The notes beneath the pieces are model-generated. The model was not told the origin of the DNA, ran no database searches, and worked only from the letters and a program-made list of their open reading frames with translations. This document shows positions 13,001-25,800 of a stretch of DNA of 64,000 nt, piece after piece. The stretch comes from Octopus vulgaris. Its lineage: Eukaryota. The translations under genes and the position numbers were made by a program. Numbering within the stretch: position 1 is the stretch's first letter; the number at the start of each line of letters is the position of its first letter. Location of the stretch: contig OX597816.1 in assembly GCA_951406725.2 (NCBI GenBank), forward strand, positions 39,370,001 to 39,434,000, in the 5' to 3' direction.

Positions 13001-16000
13001 TCTTGCCGGGTCTTCTCACGCACAGCATACTTCCATAGGTCTCGGTCTCTAGTCATTTCCATGGTGAGACCTAACGTCCGAAGGTCGTGCTTCACCACCT
13101 CGTCCCAGGTTTTCCTGGGTCTACCTCTTCCACGGGTTCCCTCAACTGCTAGGGATTGGCACTTTCTCACACACCTCTCTTCATCCATTCTCGCCACATG
13201 ACCATACCAGCGCAATCGTCTCTCTTGCACACAACAACTGATGCTTCTTAGGTACAACATTTCTCTCAAGGTACTAACGCTCTGTCGAGTAAGTACACTG
13301 ACATTACACATCCATCGGAGCATACTGGCTTCGTTCCTCACGAGCTTACGCATGTCCTCAGCAGTCACGGCCCATGTTTCACTGCCATGTAGCATAGCTG
13401 TTCGTACACATGCATCATACAGTCTGCCTTTTACTCTGAGCGAGAGGCCTTTAGTCACCAGCAGAGGTAAGAGCTCCCTAAACTTTGCCCAGGCTATTCT
13501 TATTCTAGCAGTTACACTTTCAGCGCACCCACCCCACTACTGACTTGGTCACCTAGATAGCGGAAACTATCAACTACTTCTAGTTTTTCCCCCCGGAAAG
13601 TGACAGAAGTTGTTTTCTGCAGATTTTCGGAGGTCAGTGCTCCAGAGCACCTGCCACATACAAAAACTATCTTCCATATATATATATATTTAGTTTACTT
13701 TATCCTACATAAGATAAAATTGTTTCTGTGACTGACATCATCATCACCTTGTTTTAATGATCACCTTTCCATGCCTGTGTAGGTTAGACAGAATTTGTCA
13801 AGGCAGATTTTCTATGATTGGTTGTTCTTCCAGTCAGCAATCCTCACCTGTTTTCAAGTAAGGTAATATTTCCCCTAGTTGTTTGAGCACAAACAACACA
13901 GTGGCCAGACATGTTTTCACAGAAGATTGCAAATGGAAGACCCTGCTTGTATGATGATGATGGCCCCCGTGCCGGTGACACGTAAAAGCACCGTCCGTTC
14001 GTGGCCGTTTGCCAGCTCTGTCTGGCAACCGTGTCGGTGGCACGTAAAAGCACCATCCGTTCGCGTCCGTTGCCAGCCTCGGCTGGCCCCCGTACCGGTG
14101 ACACGTAAAAGCACCGTCCGTTCGTGGCCGTTTGCCAGCTCTGTCTGGCCCCGTGTCGGTGGCACGTAAAAGCACCATCCGTTCGTGTTCGTTGTCAGCC
14201 TCGGCTGGCCCCCGTGCCGGTGAAACGTAAAAGCACCGTCCGTTCGTGGCCGTTTGCCAGCTCTGTCTGGCCCCGTGTTGGTGGCACGTAAAAGCACCAT
14301 CCGTTTGTGTCCGTTGCCAGCATCGCCTGGCCCCGTGCCGGTGACACGTAAAAGCACCATCCGTTCGTGGCCGTTCGCCAGCTCTGTCTGGCACCTGTGC
14401 AGGTGGCACGTAAAAGCACCCACTACACTCGCGGAGTGGTTGGCATTAGGAAGGGCATCCAGCCGTAGAAACACTGCCAGATCTGACTGGGCCTGACGAA
14501 GCCTTCCAGCTTCACAGACCCCAGTTGACCCGTCCAACCCATGCTAGCATGGAAAGCGGACGCTAAATGATGATGATGATGATGATGTCAAGACAAGGAG
14601 ACCCAAATAGGCATACATACTCATACACATAGAATAGGCTTCTTTCAGGTTCCATCTACCAAATCCACTCACACAGCTTTGGTCAACCTGATGTTATAGT
14701 ACAAATCACTCGTCCAAGATACTACCCAGTGGGACTGAACCCAAAACCATTTAGTTGCAAAACAAATATCTTAATTACACATCCATGCCCTTGCACTCAT
14801 CATCTTTATTAATTTTTGTACTTGGATTCTTCAGGTACAAAACTAAAGATTATTGTGTGGAGATTGCTGTTTCTCTTAGCCGGTTAAATATTTGGGGCTT
14901 AGAAAGAGTCTTACAGAATAATCAGTCAATTCATTTATCTTTGCAAAGCAAGATAACATTTCTTGTTTTGATTGATTTACTCTTCATGTTTCAATTGTCT
15001 AGAAATACCTTGAGCTATAAATATGAGCCCTGTTCCATGAAATTCTGGCAGAGGTTTAATAGTGTGTGTATGTGTGTGTGCACATGCACGTGCATGCACA
15101 TGCCAGTTTTAGCACAAAGAATATTGTCACAGACTATTTTGACAGTTTCTTGATTGGAGCTATTTTTGATTTGAGTTTATAATTATGTAGCAAAAATCAT
15201 TAACCACATTAGAAAAGATGGGGAAAATAGGCAGTCAATAGGTTCAGTAAACATGGGCAATTTGTAAATTTGGTCTTTGTTAGGAGTGAGGAGTCTAAAG
15301 ATAGCTTTGGTAGAGTAGTAATGTAATGACTGGTGAAAGTGGAAAAGAAGTGAATAGGTTAAAAGTTGGAGGTAGGAGGTACATGAGGTGATGACAGTGA
15401 GTGAAAGATGTTGAGGGTGAGAATGTATGTTCTGAAAAAAGAGGGCTGATACAGAGACATTGTTGGCGTGATAGGTGCAGGGAGGAAGGACCGGCTGTGT
15501 AATGTGAATTAAATAATTGTTTCCAAGTTGGAGTTTTGGTTGCTTAGAAATGTGCATATACTCTACTTAGTTACATTATAATATGAATTAGCTAAGTTTC
15601 TTTGTAATAGTATCTTTTTTTTTGGCTACTCATATGCTAACATCATCATCATCCTTTAATGTCTGTTTTCCATGCTGGCATGAGTTGGATGGTTTGACAA
15701 GAGCTGGCAAGCTGGAGAGCTGCACCAGGTTCCAGTCTGATTTGGCTTGGTTTCTACAGCTTGATGCCCTTCCTAATGCCAAACACTTTACAGTGTGTGC
15801 TGGATGCATTTAACGTGGCAACAACATTAGTATTTTTTACATGATACCGGCACAGGACTCTCGCAGGCCAATCCTCATCACCAGAGAGAGAGAGTGGCCC
15901 TTTTCATTAATTTCTTATACTCACTCCTACTGTCCTCTACTTCAACTGCCATCTTTTTTTATTATCGTTGGGTTCTATGATGCTTCTACATTTTATTTTT

Positions 16001-16795
16001 GTTGTCCATTCTCATAATTAATCTCTTTTAAACTAAGCAGAATGTTGACTTCTGATTAACTATTTTTGAGTACTTATTTTACATCCAACTATTCATGTTC
16101 ATTGCTTTTTTCTTCAGTCCTTAGTTATTCACCCTCACAATTCATAACCATGTAGTTTTAGAATGTAACACATCTTGCACATATACAACAATCACATTTA
16201 TGTCCAGAGGGTTAATTCCTGTGTTAGGAAGGGCATCCAGCTATAGAAACCAAGTCAAAACAGACTATAGAACCTGGTGCAGCCCTTAGCCTTGCCAGTT
16301 CCTGTCAAGCTGTCTAACACGTCCAGCATGGGAAACGGATGTTAAATGTTAGTGATGATGATTTCTTCAGAATAATAATTTTGTTATATTGCATCAAGAA
16401 CTTCTGTTCCTATAAATTATGGTAGAATTGTTGGGGAAGTATTTCAAAGAGAATTTTTTATTGTATCAGCTATGTCTGATTTTAGTAGTCCAATAGCAAT
16501 GTAGAATTTGTGAACTTAATAATATTTGTAGACTGATACTTAGCAGCCACTCACCAACACTCTACTACTACTACTATACCACTGACATATTTTACCCTCT
16601 TTCTATCACTTCTACTGTTGCTATGATGCTCTTTCTCTCCTCTTGTAAATTAGCAAACTATTTGCAATTAATTCTTTGGAGCATCCTCCTTGGTCACATT
16701 CTTTTTGAAGCATTGGCCTGCAAAAAGTGAAACTGAATATCAGCTACATCAATTTTACCAATTTGGGAAGTCAATAAAATGAACATACCTATAAT

Positions 16796-16838
<43 letters not shown>

Positions 16839-19800
16839 GCTTGGTAGACTGAGCCAATTAATTGAATGTTTTTTTTCCCCTTTACAAATGATAGAAACCT
16901 TTGATGTATTGGCTGGTTGGTAATCCAGTACACTTATGGATTTGGCCACTGTTCATCTCACACTAATTGTTATAGAATCGACTTGGATGACTTGAAATGC
17001 AAATATACTTGTGTCATCATGATTATCTTTTAGCTTCTATCTATTTATGCACAAGGTTTCTTTAAACCACCAAGATTTTTTTAAATAGCTGTATGTATTT
17101 CCTTTAGTACTGTCCATTCATACTGATTATCTTATTTCCATTTATTTAGAAACCAAAGCGTTTCTGTTTTGTAGAATATATTGATGACCATTTTATTGGA
17201 TTATTTTATCAGTATCTTGTCAGATGTGATCATGTATCATCCATAGTTGTTTCAGTTCCACATGGAATAATGGGTTATATGCAGTAATGATTATTCTCTT
17301 ATACTTTCTATCTGTCTGTTTTCCCCTCTCTAAAATAGCTAGTTGTTGAATATTTGAGTAGTTAAGAATTATGTTACGAACACAGCTTCATTGTAAGGTT
17401 GAAAGGTGCTGGCTAATATAGCTCCGAATTCTTAACACTCCCTGGAACCCTCTGGCTGCAACTTGTCAAGAATCAAGATCTCTTGTAAGATGGTGCTGAA
17501 TTGAAACATGTCAATAGCTAGTACAGTTGAAGGTCATTGCCAGCAGTGTGTGTGTGTGTGTGTAATTTCAATAAATGGGATATCCAGCAGCTTACATTGA
17601 CCAACACATAATACCTATTGTCTTGCAAATTCTCCTTGTCATAGGAATAGTCACTTGAAGGCCAAATATGTGCAATTAAAACTAGCAGATCATCTTCACT
17701 ACCTAAACCATTTTTTACCCAGCTTCTCAAGAAATAAAAGTTCTAGTAGGCATGTGCTTCCAGTTTCATCAACATTGTGTACTTGCTCTGGTGTGTAGCC
17801 TCCTTCAGCAATCATTTTCAACTGCTCAGGATAATTAGTAGCAGCCTCGGTATCAGTGCTTGCAGTTTCACCAATCATTTTTATGTTGTGCAAATTTATG
17901 TCTTTCTTAAGCATTTCAAACCAGCTATTACTAGTCAAAAAAGGATTTTCTTTTAGAAGTTTCACCTTCCTTTTTCTGCAAATTGTCATATAAACTTTTA
18001 CCTCTTTTTTGAATTATCGATGTTTACCGGCACATTACGCCGATTTTCATCTTTGATCTATATACTCAAAATTCATTCCATTTTAAGCATTATGTTAGAT
18101 CTATGGAAAAATAAGGTCTGGACAGATAGCAGAGTAGCTTCTTGAACACTTGACATAATTTTCTCTCTGTTATGTATTGTTCTCACTGTAGATGTTGCAA
18201 GATTTAACGATATGTCGTCAGTATAACTTAGTTTTACCTCAGCATCAAGTATTTTTGAAATGTCAAGTTTAATATCCAGTATAATCCTTTTATGGTTCCT
18301 TTTTGCACAACTACCTCCGGGTTTACTTGATAACTTCCCTCCACATTTTAAATTGGAGGCAAATCCAACAGTGGTGATGATTAATTATTCACAACAAATA
18401 TGTAGTAAAAAAAATTTGGCTAAGGAAAAGATCTGATTTGTCAGGGTGGAAAAATAGTCTTATTCCTATTGATGCAGTAATGAAAATGAGATGAAAAGGT
18501 AAATAACTGAGGAAGAAAAAGTACTTATATAAGTACGGTTAGCTGAAGGTTTGCCAGATTTTATAGACAATCCACCTCTTGTGCTTCTGATTTAAGACAT
18601 AAATACACATACTCCCCCTCCCACGCATACTCATGCACATGTGTTGACATGCATGCTAGTATCTGTTGTAGCTAGCTGGATTCAAAAGTTGGTAGGTTGA
18701 TATTGGGAGTGATGTGGGTTGCATTGGTTTAGATGTTAGTGACAATGGACAGGCATTGTTGGTGTTGTGGTGGTTATGTTATTCTTGCTAATTTTATTGT
18801 GGCTGTCAATCCTCATAGAATCATCATCATCGTTTAACGTCCGTTCTCCATGCTAGCATGGGTTGGACGGTTCGACTGGGGATCTGGGAAGCCAGAAGGC
18901 TGCACCAAGCTCCAGTCTTATCTGGCAATGTTTCTACAGCTGGATGCCCTTCCTAACGCCAACCACTCCGTGAGTGTAGTGGGTGCTTTTTACGTGCCAC
19001 ATTTCTTTCAACTTTTAAAATACACTAAGATACCACGCTTTTTCTTAAAAATGGATTTGCTTATCTATTTCATACTATTGCATACATGCACACGCACATA
19101 TTTGTATGCATACATGTGTGTAAAGCGATGGTAGTTTTTAAAATTGTTAACTATATATATACTTTGATCTTAACTAAAACGTAAGTGGTCAGTAAGCTAA
19201 GTAGAAAGTGTAGTTTTAAGTTAACAAATTTAAAACTACGCAAAACAAGTTTCCTGTCAGCAAAATTATAGACTGTACTTTCAAAATTAATGGTAATACT
19301 TTACAATTTCTGTAAAATCTCATAACCTGAGATAGCTGTAATGCAGGGGAATGCCTTGTACTTTCGTTATCAAATGTTTCCAGTTGAATACTTTCATTAA
19401 AGGTGGGTGTTACTGTAGCTTGTAGCCCCAGGAGAACATCGTCTCCAGGCCAGCTGAAGACGATGTTCTCCTGGGGCTACAAGCTACATTAACACCCACC
19501 CTTAGTAGTTAGCCATATTGAGATGGCAAATATACCTCACATTGTCGTGCATTTACTGTTTATACCTCGTTCAGAGATTTATTATTACTTTCATTAAATT
19601 CTTGAGATAGTGTTAGAATAAAATAAGCAGTTATGAATTTGTTTTTAATGAATTTTATCAAAACTGTATATATAATCATTGCTACCAGTTTGCTGATGTG
19701 ATGCTAATTCTTTTCTGTTCATAAATTGCATTCACCACCCAACTGAAATGTGGATCATTTTTGCAATGCTGTATTTACTTGCATCCATTGGTAGCTGTAA

Positions 19801-22800
19801 GCTATCCATAGTTAATTTTAAAGCGGCCTACTAATTTTTGTTTTAATAGCCATATGAATAATAAGGTCATTCATAATCATCATCATCGTTTAACGTCCGT
19901 TTTCCGCGCTAGCACGGGTTGGACGGTTCGACCGGGGTCTGGGAAGCCAGGGGCTGCACCAGGCTCCAGTCTGATCTGGCAGAGTTTCTACAGCTGGATG
20001 CCCTTCCTAACGCCAACCACTCCGCGAGTGTAGTGGGTGCTTTTTACGTGCCACCTGCACAGGTGCCAGGGGGGTCCAGCATCACTCACGATCGGTTGGA
20101 GCTTTTAATGTGCCACCAGCATGGTAGCCAGCCAAGGCGGCGCTGGCAACAGGCGGTCATGTATATATAAATCTTTCTCTAATTTCTCATAAAGGTGTGA
20201 CTGTTTTGCATATTTTATTTTAGAATTTTCTTGAGTATTTCTACTTGTTTCTGCCAGATCCTTACTAAATTTTAGCACAAGAAATGATTAGACCAATATT
20301 TGTAATAATAATAATAAGAAACATATCGTCACAGACTACCTTGTTTTGTAACAAAATCAAATTCTCCATAAGTGGTTGTTTGTTTCTGTATATGATTTCC
20401 TGAACCTGTGCTTGCTTACAAATTTTAATTTCCACATAGATTGCGTAGTGACATATACTTAAATTGTTTGCTGGTGCATGTGTATGCTTTTGCATGCTCA
20501 TGTATGCATGTGTGTCAATGCATGCTTTGAGTTTCAAACTCAGAGCAAGATGTAGCAGATAAGTTACAGGAAGTTTTTGAGTTTTTTGTTTGAGTAAAAC
20601 ACTAATCTTAATGAATCTGAAGACTAATCCTTCTATTGCTGCTAAAGAATAATCTCCTTTCGCTCACCTGGTAAATCCCTCGTCAGATGGGCTTTTGTAA
20701 TGATGACATTAACAGAAATCCTCAGCTATAGAAAGAAAAAAGCATAGAAAGTAGAAGATATAGAAATATGCAAATAAAAACAAGCTAACAGGTTCTGTTT
20801 GTTGAAAACCATTTACAAATCTTTACAACCTGTGTCTGTCTGATAAATAATTATCTTGATCAATGGATGAGGATGGTATTCTTGAATCATTAGCAGAGCT
20901 GTTTCATTCCCTGCTCAATCAAAGCACTTCTATTGATCTTTTACTAATGGAAGATCTACCAACCTCAATGAAATCCAAACAGTTCACTACTTGAAGAACT
21001 GATAATCCTTGACATTGATTGTATTGCCCATGCCTCTTTACAAAGCTCCTGAGACAGGAAGGAAGGAGGAAACTAGTTTCAAGTTGGAAATCCATTGTAA
21101 ATTTTTACTAATGGTACCCCAAGACCATGTGGTGATTTTAAATTTAGCAATGGATTAAGTCTGCCCCCCGAATAGACCACAGTAATATTTGCATTTTGAA
21201 TTCAAAATATAAATACCACAAGGTATCAGCTTCAATGCTCTAATGCTTCCATCAATCCATTAACTTAGACTGGTACTTTTTTTCTTATGAACCCTGGAAG
21301 AATGAAAGGCAAAGTAACTGTGATTTGAACTCAGAATGCAAGATACCATAATAAATATCACAGAGCATTTCATCCAATGCTTTAAAGTGTTCGACAATTT
21401 GTTGTGAAGATAGAGTTTCCTTGTCAACGTGCCAGAGATTGCACTTTTTTTTTCTGTACTAATTGCATGCACTATGCACACACCATTCAGTTCATGCTTA
21501 TTCTCTACATATCAAGAAAGCCACTTTCCACATATCATGGGAATGTTTTGTACTGTTACTAAATAATATTTATCCACTTTATTGACATATGGACATTCAA
21601 TGGCAGATGATTTTTTTCAAGTTTAGAATTCTTTCTGCAGTTCTTCAGCTGATTCTGCAATGATCAAGTCTTTAATATAGAAAAAGGTTGAGGACAGCAC
21701 TGATGATTACCTATCTCTACACTAAATTCCTTGCTGAATTTTTACTGCAAATTCCAACTTATGCATCCTTGTACATAGTTTGATATGTTGCCATGAACTA
21801 TTCATCTATTTCTGTCTTACAGAATCCAACAGTTGTGTTTAAACAGTGCTGTAATGCAATTACCTAAATGTTTTTGTCTATCAACTCAAGGCATTTCAAA
21901 TAAATTTCCTTTGTCCTTGCTGTAGTTTAGCTCTTTTGTTACCATATTTCTGTTGGAACACACTGCTTTTATTTTTCGAAAATAATGAAGAATTTTGTAA
22001 AATAACTTAGTCATTATTAAGCTGGTGTTTGGAACACAAATTAACATGAAATTTTTATGGTAGCTTTTAATTTAGATCATTTTAAAACAGGTTGTTCAAA
22101 TCAGAACCAGTGGCAATTTCGGGTGAGTTGGTATCAAAAGGGTTAACGATGATACTCCACATCCGTCATTGTTAATTAACTAAGCATGTATTATAAGTAT
22201 AACCTAATGCATATGGAAATTTATTTTGTCTTGGTTACCTTTCATTTTTGAATCACGGCACTTTCCATTGAGTAGATATAAATTTGCATTACGTGTCTAG
22301 GCATTTAGAAACTAAGCTACATTCTTGACTCATTTAGCCATATTTGTAATTTAATGGTGCATGTTCTATAAATGCAAGCATACTTGTGTTTTTAAGAAGT
22401 TTGCTCTTCAACCATGTGGTTTCAGGATCAGTTCCACAGCATGGCACCATGGGCATGTGTCATCTGCTATAGCACTGGGTTGACCAAATCTTTGTAAGTA
22501 GATGGAAAACCCATTTTGTGTGTGTATTTGCATATGCCTTTTTCAAAAAATTGCTCAGCTACAAGCAGTGACAAGGCTGCCATTTCTTCTATCAACAAAT
22601 CTGTTGGGTATGCTTCTTTGAAGACAAGTGAAATAAGAGATCCTTACTTGAAAACAGGTAATGATTAGTGACAGGAAGGGCATCATCATCATCATCATTT
22701 AATATTCACATTTCCATGCTTGCATGAGTCAGATGGAATTTATTGCGGCAGATTCTCTACACTTGGAGGATCCATTTCCTGTCACCAACCCACACTTGTT

Positions 22801-25800
22801 TCCAGTATATTTGTTAACATACACTAGCTTGAAAAAATGGATGCAAAATGACTGAATGAATGGAACAACTGATTTACACTGAACCATATTTTTAATTTAA
22901 TAGTACACACCCAACTGATTTTGGGCAACTAATTTACACCCAGTTTTTTTGTAATGTAATAGTGCACATAATCATTAATTACTTGTTCTAACTTCTATAG
23001 CTGGCCATGTTTTTGTTTCGTTTTGTATTAGGCTTTCATTATTTCATTCATGTTCTTTGTTCAACAGTCTGTCATAGTGGTTCTTTCATGCTTCACAGTC
23101 ACTGAATTATTATGGTTGTTCAACTAATACATTTTTATATATCAAGCCTTTAGTACTTAGAGTACACTGTCAACTGTACTGCTTATTTATTCACATTGTT
23201 TTGAATTAATGATGCATTGTCTCATAGCGTCAAGATTACAAAGTTGTTTTTATTTTTAGAATGTCATTGTAGAGTAGGTATGAGATGCCAGATCAGGCTA
23301 GTTTGAACATAAAGCAAGTTGAATGATATGGCTGGCTGGTTTAAATGATAAAGATATCTTGTTTTTAAGTCTTCTTTACGCTCACAAAATCATGACACTG
23401 ATCACTTTAACATAATACATCATCTGTTTTTGTTAGATATCCATGCATGTATAGTCATCTGTCTTACATGTATCAGTGAAGGTTTCTGAGATCAACCTAC
23501 CTTCTCAACTCTCGCATTCAGCTTTATTTGTAATTTCACCTGTTGTATTTAGTTGAGTTCATTGAACTCATCCTATTATGATATGACAATTTGTCTACTC
23601 TGATGCAAGCCATCCACCTGGACAGTCAATGACCTTCAGTTTAGGATTATGTTGCTAACTTACTGCAGTGCCTGTGGTGTACATAAAGCTTTCATCCTGT
23701 CAGAGTACCAGATGCTATTTTAGTTTTTGCTCACTCATTGTTTTCAGTCTACATCTGTATTGACTATACAAGATCACTTTTTTACTGTTACTGAATTTGT
23801 ATGGCCTCTACTACTAACTAGCACCTTAGTCATTGCAGTGTTCACATTCAAGCCTTTTGGTTCAATGTCCACTCTTCGAAAGAGTGGACATTGCAGTTTA
23901 TGCTGCTATATGAGTATCAGCATATGGAATTTTCAAGGATTCTTTTCTCTTGGATTCCTTTATGATTGTTTCAAGGCTTAGAAAGAATAAAAGAAGACTA
24001 ATGACAAAGTCTTGACAGAAATCACTGTACACTGAATTCTTCACATGCTCATTATTGACCCTGAGCCTCTTGTACCATCCACATATCTTTCTTCTCTTTT
24101 CTCAGACAATGAACTTTGAAAGGTCTACATTAGAATAAACAATTGTAAAATGGAATTTATTCATGTGCATGAACTTCCTTCTGTTGTCTGATTGGAAATA
24201 TCACATCTATAGTTCCACTTTCTGGTTTAACCATAAACTGCATGATATATATATATTTGACCCAACCAACTCTATCTTGTGCTAACTTTGCTTTAATTCT
24301 CTCTATTAGCTGTTGTTACGTCTCCTCTGTTTCTTAAATCAGATGCTATTAAGGTATTTGCATTTACTCTTAGTAAACATTTTCAGTAACTAATAAACAT
24401 GCTGCTTTGCATACTGATTAACACACTCTCACTTAATGTATTTAATAAAAAGATTCATGTGACTGTAACCCATCCTGAAGAATTTAGCAGCTTAGCAAAT
24501 ATCTCTCCTGTTTTATTCACCTTTGTCCTTCTAAGTTGACCTCTATATTTATTTCACTGAATGACTTCAGTAAGGGCAAGAAAATTGTTCATACACACCT
24601 TGTTAAATTGCTTACCTCATTTTATATATGCGCCATGTTCTCAGTTGCCTACCTGACATATACACAGCTTGCATGATAACCTATCCCATTTCTATACACC
24701 TTCTTCAGTTGTCTTTCATAGTAACATTTCCATTTCTTTTTTATATTATTATTATTATTATTATTATTATTGTCACAGGGGATAGCCCTATTCTTTATAC
24801 CATACTACCTAGCAATTCAAACACTTGTGGCCAACCATTTTTTCTACTTATCTAAATTGTAGTTAATGAATAGAAGCTGTCATTTGTCTGATTAGATTTA
24901 TTATATGAAAACAACCAATAAAATTAAAACACAAAGAGGTGCAGCAGTGAAATATGTAGACAGGTAGGCTATATGGTTAAGAAGTTCATATCCCAACTGC
25001 ATAGTCTTGGGTTCCAACCCCACTGTGTGACAACTTGGAGAAGAGTCTTCTACTTCAGTCCCAGGCCAATGAAAGTCTTAACCCTTTAGCATTTAAACCG
25101 GCCATATCCGACCAAAAGTATTCTGCCTGTTTTATGGTCAAACTGGCCAGATCTGGTCTCTCACACCAACCCTACAATATTGTTTTAAAAATTAACAGCT
25201 ACCTCATCAAAATCTCATAACTACAAGATAATTCTGCCTGTTTTATGGTCAAACTGGCCAGATCTGGTCTCTCACACCAACCCTACAATATTGTTTTAAA
25301 AATTAACAGCTACCTCATCAAAATCTCATAACTACATGATAATGCATGATTAGTTCAAAACAATTTGGATAAAAAAAAGCATTAATTTTGGCAGAATAAT
25401 GTGAACACTAAAGGGTTAATGGACTTGATAGACACTGAAAGAAGCTGTGTGTGTGTGTGAGAGAGAGTATGTGTATGTCTCTGTCTTGATCTGGCATGAT
25501 TGTTTTAAATGAATGTCATTCATTTCCAATATATCCTGCAAAAACACCCTGACTATGAGGGAAATATCTTGCATGGAAACAGGTGGGTTGGAGACAGGAA
25601 GGGCATCCAGACAAAATTTGTCTCAATAAACTCTGTCCAATGATGCATGCATGGAAAGGTGGATGTTAAAATGATGATAATTTGCATTTATTTTTAATCA
25701 GTAGTAAGTTACAAAAGTGACTCAAGGGCCGGTTGAAAAACATTAAATGTAAAAACAATGTCCTGTGTTAGATTGAATTGGAGCTAGTAGTTGGAAGTTT

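Noticed and set aside
13834-14537. Long overlapping ORFs (191 and 206 aa)
   Set aside because: Translations of the GC-rich RTE tandem array; no domain, and frames shift between units.
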